Positions 47,801-55,723 of a stretch of 64,000 bases of DNA are shown here, piece by piece; positions within the stretch are counted from its first letter, which is position 1, and every line of letters starts with the position of its first letter. The DNA is taken from the NCBI GenBank assembly GCA_963761705.1, contig CAVXHK010000004.1:80632-144631 (forward strand), read 5' to 3'. Made by a program: the position numbers and the translations under genes. This stretch comes from an uncultured Verrucomicrobiae bacterium. GTDB taxonomy: Bacteria; Verrucomicrobiota; Verrucomicrobiia; Chthoniobacterales; JAATET01. The notes beneath the pieces are model-generated. The model was not told where the DNA came from. It ran no database searches and saw only the letters and a list, made by a program, of their open reading frames with translations.

Positions 47801-48618
47801 GCTACACGTCCAAGGCAGCCAGCAATAACGGGTCTCCCGAATATCGAAGAAGCTCGCTGTCAACAGCTCGTCTGATCATGAAATCCCTCCGAAACCAGGG
47901 AAAGCTGTTCACCGGTCGTGCAGAACACCTGTTGTGGCCTCGACACACTCTGCTGTTCCTCGAAAAATTCGAAGAAATTTTGGCGAAATCTGCGAAGCCG
48001 GACCAGAAGCGTTCTGCGCTTTGGTGGGCAACTTTAGCTTTATTAGTTGGGTGTCGGGCAAATGAGGCTGCATTGATTCTAGAGCAGCATATCGATAGTC
48101 TGGCGAATCCGAGGATTGTCCGCATCAACGGAAATAAAACCGATGCAGCGTCCCGCACCGTCCATCTTGGATTGTTCAGCTCGGATCCGGTCGGGGAGGC
48201 GCTGCTCGAAAGATTCTTGATTCAAGGTAATGGGCGTTGGATTCCCGCTGATCGCAACTTCCCGATCAGAGGAGAGGCATTCCAGCGGAGCGTAAACGAA
48301 TGGGTCCATGAAGCCTACAATGTTGTCCGGGCGGACCTCGGTATGTCAGAGACATCGTTCACGTTCACGCTTCAGAGCCTGCGCCACGCGTGCGCGTTTC
48401 GGGCCGTTCAACAAGCGATCTATCGCGCACTATGGACAGGCACGTTGTGGATTCAGCTCGCTTCCGTCAGTCAGGCGCTTGGGCATCAGTCGATGGTCAC
48501 CACCCTCTCAAGCTATCTCGGGACTTCCATGCTTTGCCTAAAATGGCCCTCACTGAGAGGCGACTCGGAAGGATACACGCCGTTAGGGAGTCCTCTGCCA
48601 GATCTTCTGGAGCGTTGA
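44779..48618 (+). CDS. Very large tyrosine-recombinase-family protein (intact catalytic domain at the C-terminus)
   Basis: 1279-aa ORF with C-terminal LLVGCRANE, NKT..A.RTV, QSLRH and LGHQSMVTTLSSY. Confidence 0.8.
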   Translation: MASAPPDALANYVLGDTDQSEVARGILYVLGYQTEAHGYTIPQRSAVALIARRLMWISGTGVNVASRNSITSLLSGHGVWRVPRPGVSAPIADNTRQASTVFRNCHRATAMDLIEKSVHFLAGHDVFSGAFDEEQMDVAKDRDLEFSLSFYGDRVGFGVDQVRGADDSPGKKSPLARVHAVNAAVTSFLAPDPRGLLAAKHLLEAARNSTRQLQAKFPIRDGRMRYRSARLLAGAVSALTGVPLEQVVNIALFPPESIEAGFRAFQASGNEESRRIIGFLASWAELGSLRMPCFQNGLDTKFEPFFLVLFIGPSGNPGFKSRIADQYIVAPLPFLSQLIHQVRDLVGQGATETFATTISGDSLGKINGDSLGKIRYGLVKSVPNPYGEASPHWRHQIFQRFITLPHSGFVYAAAVECGIPPPVLSLMIGRPYGPWRASLNYACVSAETIAAAFVAVQSVLFGETGISRSTRITVAKNMPVGAGLLRDRQIGPPGLPTLEELGPVGQMAAKTCDWLPIKAAQTDRLIRIFGRRYSSEIPNPANHLIDEQKVFRFEDKNLGGRAFPRLLPVPEDLRRFLAEGDWSFGPSRIGVPKSAKQEVERIRAFRGDRNGGRKAFYSECLARGLGDEMISFLFGHGFALTKALGPISPLPWCWFLFEAQGVVDQVAQQAGLKASIDRLKPPSVHQLKRAKLAEAGSKSKERKILSWAELPGTIQHLPIPKADELEFLKSLLNVIETSWNEFRRHPEQLKKVLYLLLILGGVPLNHVQAYVRYLRGNSVVRSKISGKAAYFVIFPIPQQDQGLGLVPLRLSDRIGRLLFLTLRCIYVGERKNRAIAADKCRFEHRIVLRGFNRHGDDEMIRFARSLVRRCSDVRTEVWVRNVLTTGSKFLARSRFGGLIFGSLSGRGIKPCNFFDIQDLFFQVFGAGVLLTTVTGGIWKNVFLPGPRDISKYRSYQRMVNSSGRGRPSTAQFPAMGLCSIEGLTEYFRGAHRFPDSGQICKQIEYFGCYTSKAASNNGSPEYRRSSLSTARLIMKSLRNQGKLFTGRAEHLLWPRHTLLFLEKFEEILAKSAKPDQKRSALWWATLALLVGCRANEAALILEQHIDSLANPRIVRINGNKTDAASRTVHLGLFSSDPVGEALLERFLIQGNGRWIPADRNFPIRGEAFQRSVNEWVHEAYNVVRADLGMSETSFTFTLQSLRHACAFRAVQQAIYRALWTGTLWIQLASVSQALGHQSMVTTLSSYLGTSMLCLKWPSLRGDSEGYTPLGSPLPDLLER

Positions 48619-49061
48619 TGACAGTTTTCAGAGTAACCAAATCACCGCTTTGATCGGTTCTCTCCCGATCTAGTCAGCGTTTGCAACTCGCCCTCGATCT
48701 GAAAGCGTCAACGGCGCCCGCTATTTGTTTCGGTTGAACCGTCAGATGAACAATCCATTGGGTTGAAAGTCAAATCCGGAGAACACCGGATTGCCTCCAG
48801 CGGGGAATCGATCGCTACCTTCGCGCACCGCGAAACGGTTGCGCGAGAGGTTTGAACCCATTCTGAGTTGCGCGTTTGCCGTAGAACACGAAAGTCGCTT
48901 CGGGTATTCCGCGAAGCGGGGAGGAGGCTGTGGTTACGTTCCGGCGAGGCTTCGCTCAAAGTGCAGGAAAAGTATTCAAAAAAAGGCTCTGCTGAAGGTC
49001 CGCTGAGTTTCCGTGCACGCAAGCGCGAAAGCTCCGAGGAGCGTCTCAGTATCTTGGTGAT

Positions 49062-49661
49062 ATGTATTGCGGAGCACGCCCCTTTGAAAGCCAGGACGAA
49101 ACGATCCGATTTTTGGCGGCCATCGAAGGCACATTTCGTCGGCGGGATCGCGCCCTCGTAACTCTGGGCCTCTACTCCGGATTGAGAGTCGCGTCGGCGC
49201 TCAGTCTTCAAGTGGGGGATGTCTATGACGGTCGTCGATTCCGAAAAACGATCCGAGTCGCACGTAAAGCCATGAAAGGGAAGCGGGCCAGCTTCGTAAT
49301 TCCTCTGCATCCACGCGCTGCGATTGCGATCGGTCGGTGGATGGTCGAGTTGCGTCGCCGTGGGATCAACCTCGACCCTCACCTTCCCATCTTTCTCAGT
49401 CGCCAGCGCGGCCACGCAATGACGGTGCGCATGGCTCAGACGATGATTGCCAAAGCCGTCAAGAAAGCAGGATTAGCGTCAGGGCTTTCCTCTCACTCGT
49501 GGCGAAAAACCTTTGCCATTCGGATCTACGAGGGAAGCGGGCATTGCCTAATGACGGTGGCGGAAGCGTTGGCGCATGGATCGTCCGATTTGAGGACCAC
49601 CGCGAGATATCTCCGGTTCAGGCTCACTGAAAAGGCGGACCAGGCAATTTTGAATCTATGA
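49062..49661 (+). CDS. Small tyrosine recombinase (catalytic domain only)
   Basis: RDRAL, SGLRVA, MKGK, SHSWRKTFA, LAH and TTARYL, giving the R-K-H-R-H-Y set. Confidence 0.92.
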   Translation: MYCGARPFESQDETIRFLAAIEGTFRRRDRALVTLGLYSGLRVASALSLQVGDVYDGRRFRKTIRVARKAMKGKRASFVIPLHPRAAIAIGRWMVELRRRGINLDPHLPIFLSRQRGHAMTVRMAQTMIAKAVKKAGLASGLSSHSWRKTFAIRIYEGSGHCLMTVAEALAHGSSDLRTTARYLRFRLTEKADQAILNL

Positions 49662-50026
49662 ACACAAACCCAACCCCGCGAAAGCACATCACTCAGGCCC
49701 ATCGGTATCACACTTTGTCGCCCGGGCACCCGCAAAGACCTCAACCCCTGCGTCGTGATCAACTGGGCCGATGGATTTTCTCCGACGGCTCGCACGTTGC
49801 TTACGATGCGACTGGCCAGCCCATTTTTGGCCGTTACCACGAGGGAGAATGGGCGGCTCAGGAAATTTCCGCGCGAGATCTCGGTCGGGCGGATCGCCTC
49901 GAGCGTCGGAAAATGCGTCCGGAGTTTCTTCGCGCTACGGCGAAGTATCCATGGCGGATTCGCGAAGCCTACCGCAACGGCTTTTTTTCTATCGCGCCTT
50001 GGCAACCAGGTGCATGCCCGGGGTGA
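49658..50026 (+). CDS. Hypothetical protein
   Basis: ATGA overlap with the recombinase stop; no recognisable motif. Confidence 0.45.
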   Translation: MNTNPTPRKHITQAHRYHTLSPGHPQRPQPLRRDQLGRWIFSDGSHVAYDATGQPIFGRYHEGEWAAQEISARDLGRADRLERRKMRPEFLRATAKYPWRIREAYRNGFFSIAPWQPGACPG

Positions 50027-50066
50027 GGGAGGGCAACTGGTAAGAATGAGTCCGGTATCTTCCACT

Positions 50067-50773
50067 ATGAACGAAAATACCAATTATGACCTCAAAGCAT
50101 TATACCGAAAGTTGCTGCGGAAATTCCATCCCGACATGACGACGGATCCAGAGCGTAAAATCGAGTATGGCGAGCTGACGAAAGGAATTATCGATGCGTA
50201 TAAGAACAGCGACTTCGATGCGCTGAAGCTGATTGAAATTATGGGCCTAGCGTATCACTCGCCCAATCCGCCAGATACGTCTGCTGACGTGGATTATAGC
50301 CCGCCGCACTCTGTTTGGCGCCGCGTTCGGGAAAGCGTTTGGTGGGCGTTGCTCAATCCATATGGGCTGTCCGGCGCTCTACGCGAGTGGAATCACAATG
50401 GCCGTTTCTACAATTCTGTCGCCTTGGCGGGCGGTGTGGCTTGGACGTGGCTGGTTATCGAAATTTGGATCGGAATTGGCGATCTGTCGCGGTGGTTGCA
50501 GCAGGCTGGGTTCAGTCATGAGGGACCGGTAGGGTTTGCTTTGGTAGTCGTTCGCGGCGTCTTGATTTTGGGGGCATTTCGAGTGGTCGTCCCAGTTGCG
50601 ATCGTCGCATTTCAATGCGGTCTTGTGATGGCAGTGGGCGTGGTCGCGTGCTGGGTCGCCTCGGTGGTTCTTGGAGCGTTCACCCCTATCTCGCGGCGGT
50701 TGTGAAAGTCGTCTTCGCCGCTTTCGCCGTATTGCTTGCCTGGAAGTATCTCGCCGAAAGTGATGAGGACTGA
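50067..50773 (+). CDS. J-domain (HPD) protein with C-terminal TM helices; apparent frameshift near 50680
   Basis: LKALYRKLLRKFHPD...IIDAY followed by hydrophobic helices. The in-frame stop is at 50705, but the -1 frame continues HPYLAAVVKVVFAAFAVLLAWKYLAESDED to TGA at 50773. Confidence 0.7.
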
Positions 50774-50882
50774 TTAGAGGAGAGTCGTTCGATCACAATT
50801 GAGCATGTAGCCGAACCCGCAACTCGTTACACAGACAGACAAGTTGCGATTCCAAAATGAGGTTTTCGAGGCAAACGCCCGG

Positions 50883-51410
50883 TCATCTGCGAGTCCGCCG
50901 GAGCGAGATGTCGAAATCTGGATCGACGATGGCGAAGTGTGGCCCGGTGGCGGTGACTTTAAACCTGCCGCGGATGGTGATCCTGCGCTTTCTGACGATG
51001 AACTCGATCGTTCCAGCCGACTCGGTTCCGATCCAGTTTTTCCTTTCAACCTTGGCGACAATGCGACGTTTTCCTTGCCGCCACCATTTTCCGTTTCCTT
51101 GCGAATCGATATATTCGGTCGGATCTCCCTGATACACGACGATCTTTCGATTTGGCGACAAGGTCGTAGTGACTGTCCTATGTGCGCGGTCCGATTCGGG
51201 CCCCTCCGGCTGGTAACTGTATTTTTCTTCAAACTCGATAGCTCCTCCAGATTCGCGGACTGAGACCTTGGTTGCGTATGACTCAGGTCCGTCGAATCTG
51301 TAGTCAGTCCGAGTTCCGAACCAATTCCCCGTGGCAATTGATATGGGTTGTGCCGTCGCGATGGAGATTCCGCAGAGGATGGTCAAAAGTGCAGCAGTAG
51401 TGGTTTTCAT
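50883..51410 (-). CDS. Secreted hypothetical beta-rich protein
   Basis: Signal peptide MKTTTAALLTILCGISIATA from ATG at 51410. Confidence 0.7.
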   Translation of the reverse strand: MKTTTAALLTILCGISIATAQPISIATGNWFGTRTDYRFDGPESYATKVSVRESGGAIEFEEKYSYQPEGPESDRAHRTVTTTLSPNRKIVVYQGDPTEYIDSQGNGKWWRQGKRRIVAKVERKNWIGTESAGTIEFIVRKRRITIRGRFKVTATGPHFAIVDPDFDISLRRTRR

Positions 51411-51417
51411 AGATGTG

Positions 51418-51714
51418 TTAGGTTGCTGTGTTGGCAGGGCTGTTCTTGGAGGAGCGGTCTGGAAGGAGGCGGACAATGAGCCCTCCGACGAGGAAAATGA
51501 GTCCAGTCGCTCCCCAGAATGCGCTATGGCCCCTCGCGCGAGCGACGACCGCGAGGCCGCCGAGGTAGAGACCTAGTCCGATCAGCGCGAGGATTGCGAA
51601 GACTGTGCTGACTCCCGTTCCTCCTGAGAGACCGAGCGCGCCACCGATGAAATTGGGCACGATGAGAAGTAGCAAGCCGAGGACGATAAGGGTTTTTGAA
51701 GTGTTGTTTTTCAT
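51418..51714 (-). CDS. Small membrane protein (about 3 TM helices)
   Basis: Hydrophobic helices with ARARGHSAFWG...LLPD; 7 bp from the next gene. Confidence 0.7.
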   Translation of the reverse strand: MKNNTSKTLIVLGLLLLIVPNFIGGALGLSGGTGVSTVFAILALIGLGLYLGGLAVVARARGHSAFWGATGLIFLVGGLIVRLLPDRSSKNSPANTAT

Positions 51715-51728
51715 GGATATATCAGTTG

Positions 51729-52088
51729 TTAGTCGAGGTCCCACGTTATGCTGCCCCGGTCGGTATAGACCGTGACGGTTAGCGCCTTTACGCCGAGGGG
51801 GTTGTCGAGAGCGAACCCATCGCCGGGCTCGAGGGTGGTCGGCGTGAATTCTCGTTTTCGTGGGTCGTAGAGCACTCGGGTCAGCTCGAAATCGTCGTTC
51901 ACGACAACACGCTGGATCGTAATTGGGCGTTTCTCTCGATTCTGAAAGGAGAACGAAATCGGCGTCCCGAAGAGCGTGACACCGTTCAATTCAATGTCGG
52001 GTCCGGCAAGGTTGCAGCCGTTCGCGAGAGTTCCGATTACCAGAATTGCAGTCGCGGTCTTCAGCCTCCGGTAGACTTGCGCTGTCAT
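51729..52088 (-). CDS. Putative lipoprotein
   Basis: From ATG at 52088: basic n-region, hydrophobic stretch and lipobox-like LANGC. Confidence 0.6.
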   Translation of the reverse strand: MTAQVYRRLKTATAILVIGTLANGCNLAGPDIELNGVTLFGTPISFSFQNREKRPITIQRVVVNDDFELTRVLYDPRKREFTPTTLEPGDGFALDNPLGVKALTVTVYTDRGSITWDLD

Positions 52089-52129
52089 CTTTCCGTTGCT
52101 CCAGAGCGTAACTATCGTTCGTTTGATGG

Positions 52130-52213
52130 CATCCGACATATTGGATGGAAGATGCTTCGCACGATTTTAAATGCCGCGCAAGCCCAAACATCCAACATCT
52201 TGGATATTGGATG
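52130..52213. promoter_or_regulatory. Palindromic operator array ATCC[AG]A-N4-TTGGAT
   Basis: CATCCGACATATTGGATG (52130-52147) and CATCCAACATCTTGGATA (52189-52206), plus an extra TTGGATG half-site, between divergent genes. Confidence 0.65.
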
Positions 52214-52228
52214 TGATTGCCTTCTGGA

Positions 52229-52492
52229 ATGGAGAGTTTGCTCGAGCAGAAGTTCGCCGAGTTTCTGCGGCAGGCGCGAGGCGATATGTCCTACGTTGAA
52301 TTCGGTCGAAGGTTGGGCGTTTCGAAGAGCACACTACACTGGGCCGAGAACGTGCGGGGGCGGGTCTCGCTGAAGTTGGTCGAAGAGGTCGCGAGAAAAC
52401 TGAAGGTCAGCTTGGTTGACGTGTTCGGCGATGCCGCCACGGTCAAATTTTCGACGGTTCGTTCAAAAAGAAGATCTACTGGCGGGTCTTGA
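52229..52492 (+). CDS. XRE-family HTH transcriptional regulator
   Basis: LRQARGDMSYVEFGRRLGVSKSTLHWAEN..VSL...VARKLKVS. Confidence 0.85.
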   Translation: MESLLEQKFAEFLRQARGDMSYVEFGRRLGVSKSTLHWAENVRGRVSLKLVEEVARKLKVSLVDVFGDAATVKFSTVRSKRRSTGGS

Positions 52493-53262
52493 AGTTGCTG
52501 TTCGTGGGCGCTCGAAACTAGCAGCAGAGCCGGAAAGGTCGCGCTCACCGCTCGCTCTTGAGCCGGTTTTCGATTTCGCGTTGATGCCAATCGGCATAGC
52601 GGCTCTCAGCGTCGAGGATTCTTCGATAAAAGGAGGCGAGGGTGATGTTTCGTTCGCGGATCGCCACAGCTTCTTCCGCCGATGAGCGGCGATAGCGATA
52701 CGACTCCTTGAGTCGCATCGCTCGTGTGGCCTCTCTCTCGTAGACCGGCTTCGCGAAGGAGAGTCGTCGATACCCAATCGTAGGTGGACGGGCTGAGCGC
52801 ACCCGCAGATCGAAAGATGGCTTCAGAAAGGTCGGACTCGCGATGCCGTTGCGGGGGCCGATCAGTCGAGCGCTTGCGAGCAATCCATGGCTTGGTTTCG
52901 GTGAGCAGAGGCCCTCTAGGCAATCGGAGAACGTCGCGGATACCCCTGCAAGGCCGATGTGACGAGTGCGGGGTCCCCGCGATTTTCACGACCAATGGGA
53001 GGGGACGAGCGGCTGACCTTGGATCCTGATGGAGGTGCGGGTCGCGGGGGAACTTTGGATCTGTTTTTCCCAAGTTTTCGAGTTTCGCCCGAAAAACGCG
53101 GACTTCCGCGGGACAGGATGACCGGTTGCTCGCAAGGAGAAAGCGGCCCCACGGTTCTCCAGACGAGCCGCGCCAAAACCCATTGGCCCTTTCAAAAACG
53201 GATTTTAGCACAAGGCGTTTAGCACAGAGGGCTCCGGGTGGCCCGGAAACCCTGTATCCGCC

Positions 53263-53336
53263 TCGGGCTGGCGGGATTCGAACCCACGACCTCCTGAACC
53301 CCATTCAGGCGCTCTACCAAGCTGAGCCACAGCCCG
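53263..53336 (-). tRNA. tRNA-Pro (GGG)
   Basis: CGGGCTGTGGCTCAGCTTGGTAGAGCGCCTGAATGGGGTTCAGGAGGTCGTGGGTTCGAATCCCGCCAGCCCGA: acceptor stem CGGGCTG/CAGCCCG, anticodon loop AT-GGG-GT, TTCGAAT T-loop; CCA not encoded. Confidence 0.97.
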
Positions 53337-53431
53337 TTCTCTGACGGATGTCCCGGCGTCTCGGGACGAGCTTCAATAAACTCGCTGGGTCCAGACTGGT
53401 CAATGGATTTTGGATCGGCATACTCGTCTCG

Positions 53432-54466
53432 ATGGAAGTTGTGAAGGTGGCGGTTGTCGGTGCCAATGGTTACTCGGGCGAGGAGTTGTGCGCGATACTC
53501 GCACGGCATCCGGGCGTCGAGGTGGTCACGGTGACGTCTCGACAACACGAAGGAAAACGGGTCGGCGAGGTGATGCCACGGCTGGATGGCGTTGGGGAAC
53601 TGAGCAATCTTCAATTCATCGGTCCGAAAAGCGGGGGCTTGTTTGGAGGAGAGGCGAAGTTCGTTTTCTTGGCGCTACCGCACGGTTTGGCGAGCGAGTT
53701 CGCGTTGCCGCTGGTGGACGAGGGCAAGCGGGTCATTGATTTGAGCGCGGATTTTCGTTTGCGAGATCCAGCGGTTTTTGAGGAATTTTACGGTGAACAG
53801 CACCCAGCTCCCGACCGCCTAGCCGAGTCGGTCTATGGGTTGCCGGAATTGCACCGCGACGCGATCCGGGCAGCTGATTTGGTGGGCTCGGCTGGATGTT
53901 ACCCAACGAGCATCCTGCTTCCGCTCGTGCCGCTGTTGCGGGATGGTTTGTTGGACGTCCGCTCGATCGTGGTCTCGAGTGCAAGCGGGGTCTCTGGGGC
54001 TGGTCGGAAAGCGGACGTTGGATTGTTGTACGGGGAGTGCAACGAAAGCCTCCGGGCCTACGGCCTGCCGAAGCACCGACACTTGGCGGAGATCGAGCAG
54101 GAGTTGAGCGCGGCGGCGGGGGGGAGAGTGGTCATTACGTTCGTTCCACATCTGGCTCCAATGACGCGGGGTATCCACACGACGACGTTTGCCGGACTGG
54201 CGAGGGGAGTGAACTTCCCTGAGGTGGTTGCGGCATTGGAGGCAGCTTACGAGGAGGAGCCATTTGTGCGTTTCGGGGACCGGCTTCCTGACACAAAGTC
54301 AGTCATGGGCATGAATTTCTGCGACATCGCGGCCCGCTGGGACGAGCGGGCAGAGCGCCTAATCCTGCTCAGTGCCGAGGACAACCTTGTGAAGGGCGCT
54401 GCGGGTCAGGCGGTGCAGTGTTTCAATTTGATGGCGGGCTTTGATGAGACGTTGGGATTGAGCTGA
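53432..54466 (+). CDS. argC: N-acetyl-gamma-glutamyl-phosphate reductase
   Basis: VVGANGYSG, FLALPHG, IDLSADFR, GCYPT, SGVSGAGR and DNLVKGAAGQAVQ. Confidence 0.97.
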   Translation: MEVVKVAVVGANGYSGEELCAILARHPGVEVVTVTSRQHEGKRVGEVMPRLDGVGELSNLQFIGPKSGGLFGGEAKFVFLALPHGLASEFALPLVDEGKRVIDLSADFRLRDPAVFEEFYGEQHPAPDRLAESVYGLPELHRDAIRAADLVGSAGCYPTSILLPLVPLLRDGLLDVRSIVVSSASGVSGAGRKADVGLLYGECNESLRAYGLPKHRHLAEIEQELSAAAGGRVVITFVPHLAPMTRGIHTTTFAGLARGVNFPEVVAALEAAYEEEPFVRFGDRLPDTKSVMGMNFCDIAARWDERAERLILLSAEDNLVKGAAGQAVQCFNLMAGFDETLGLS

Positions 54467-54532
54467 TGCTTTGTCGGAAGCTCGAAGGTCGACGGGTCCG
54501 GGGTGAGCGGTTCGCGGCGCTGTTTTAGAATT

Positions 54533-55720
54533 ATGAAAATGCAGAGAATCAAAGGTGGTGTGTGTGCCGCGAAAGGGTTTGTTGCCGGGGCGGTTCACGT
54601 GGGTATCAAGTCGGTGAACAAGGACCGGGTGGATCTCGCGATCTTGGCGTCCATCGAGCCAGGCGTGGCGGCGGCGACCTTCACGACGAATCGGGTGCAG
54701 GCGGCACCGGTGTTAATCTCCAAGGAGCACGTCGCTCACAAGACGTGCCGGGCCGTTATTCTAAACAGCGGCAACGCCAACGCGTGCACGGGTGACGATG
54801 GACTGGCGGATGCCCGGGCGATGGCGACGGAGGCGGCGGTCGCTCTGGGCGCGCGTCCAGAGGAAGTTCTGGTTTGTTCGACGGGCCGGATCGGGGTGCC
54901 GATGCCGATTAAGAAAATCCGGGCCGCCATCCCAGCTTTGGCTGGATCGCTGGATGCAAAATCGTCAACGAAGTTGGCGACAGCGATCATGACAAGTGAC
55001 AGCGTTCCGAAGGAGGTGGCGGTGGAAGCTGCAGTTGGAAAGAAGACGTTCCGGGTGGGCGGTGTGGCGAAGGGGGCGGGGATGATCGATCCGAATATGG
55101 CGACGATGCTGAGTGTGATCACGACCGACGCGGCGCTGACGAAGCGGGAGGCGAAGCGGATGCTGAAGCTAGCGGTCGAGCGCTCGTTCAACCGGATCAC
55201 GGTCGACGGCGACATGAGCACGAATGACACGGTGATACTTATCTGTAGCGGGGCGGCGGGGCGAGTGGATCTCACCGCGGCGCAAGCGGCGCTGGACGCG
55301 GTGGCACTCGAGCTTGCGACGAAGATCGTGTTGGACGGTGAGGGGGTGAGTCGATTTGTCGAAGTGGTAGTGAACGGCGCGAAGTCGACGAAGGACGCCC
55401 GACGCGCGGCGGAGGCAGTAGCGAACTCGCAGCTCGTCAAGTGTGCCTGGGCCGGAGGAGATCCAAACTGGGGCCGCATCCTGGATGCGGTGGGCTATTC
55501 TGGTGCGAGGTTCGATCCCGGCTTGGCCGATATCGACTACGACAAAGTCGCCGCGGTGCGGGGAGGGATGCCAGCGAAGACTCCGGCGGGCCAGTTGAGG
55601 AAAGTTGCCGCTAAAAAATCCTTCGTCGTGACGGTGGATTTGCACGCGGGCGAGGGGACCTATTCCGTTCTCACGACCGATCTGACCGAAGAATACGTCC
55701 GGTTCAACCTGGGCGAATAG
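54533..55720 (+). CDS. argJ: Bifunctional ornithine acetyltransferase/N-acetylglutamate synthase
   Basis: NSGNANACTG, STGRIG, KGAGMIDPNMATML, DGDMSTND, DGEG and DPNWGRI. Confidence 0.97.
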   Translation: MKMQRIKGGVCAAKGFVAGAVHVGIKSVNKDRVDLAILASIEPGVAAATFTTNRVQAAPVLISKEHVAHKTCRAVILNSGNANACTGDDGLADARAMATEAAVALGARPEEVLVCSTGRIGVPMPIKKIRAAIPALAGSLDAKSSTKLATAIMTSDSVPKEVAVEAAVGKKTFRVGGVAKGAGMIDPNMATMLSVITTDAALTKREAKRMLKLAVERSFNRITVDGDMSTNDTVILICSGAAGRVDLTAAQAALDAVALELATKIVLDGEGVSRFVEVVVNGAKSTKDARRAAEAVANSQLVKCAWAGGDPNWGRILDAVGYSGARFDPGLADIDYDKVAAVRGGMPAKTPAGQLRKVAAKKSFVVTVDLHAGEGTYSVLTTDLTEEYVRFNLGE

Positions 55721-55723
55721 ACG

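Larger units (their letters stand above)
44100..53262. mobile_element. tRNA-Pro-associated integrative element/genomic island (left boundary uncertain)
   Basis: Two tyrosine recombinases, an XRE regulator and orphan genes; visibly lower GC than the flanks; lies downstream of the tRNA 3' end. Confidence 0.65.

Noticed and set aside
48708..49415. 235-aa minus-strand ORF
   Set aside because: Largely antisense to the small recombinase; no protein-like features.
52545..52883. 112-aa minus-strand ORF near the tRNA
   Set aside because: Could be real, but it has a TTG start and no motif or coupling; not supportable.
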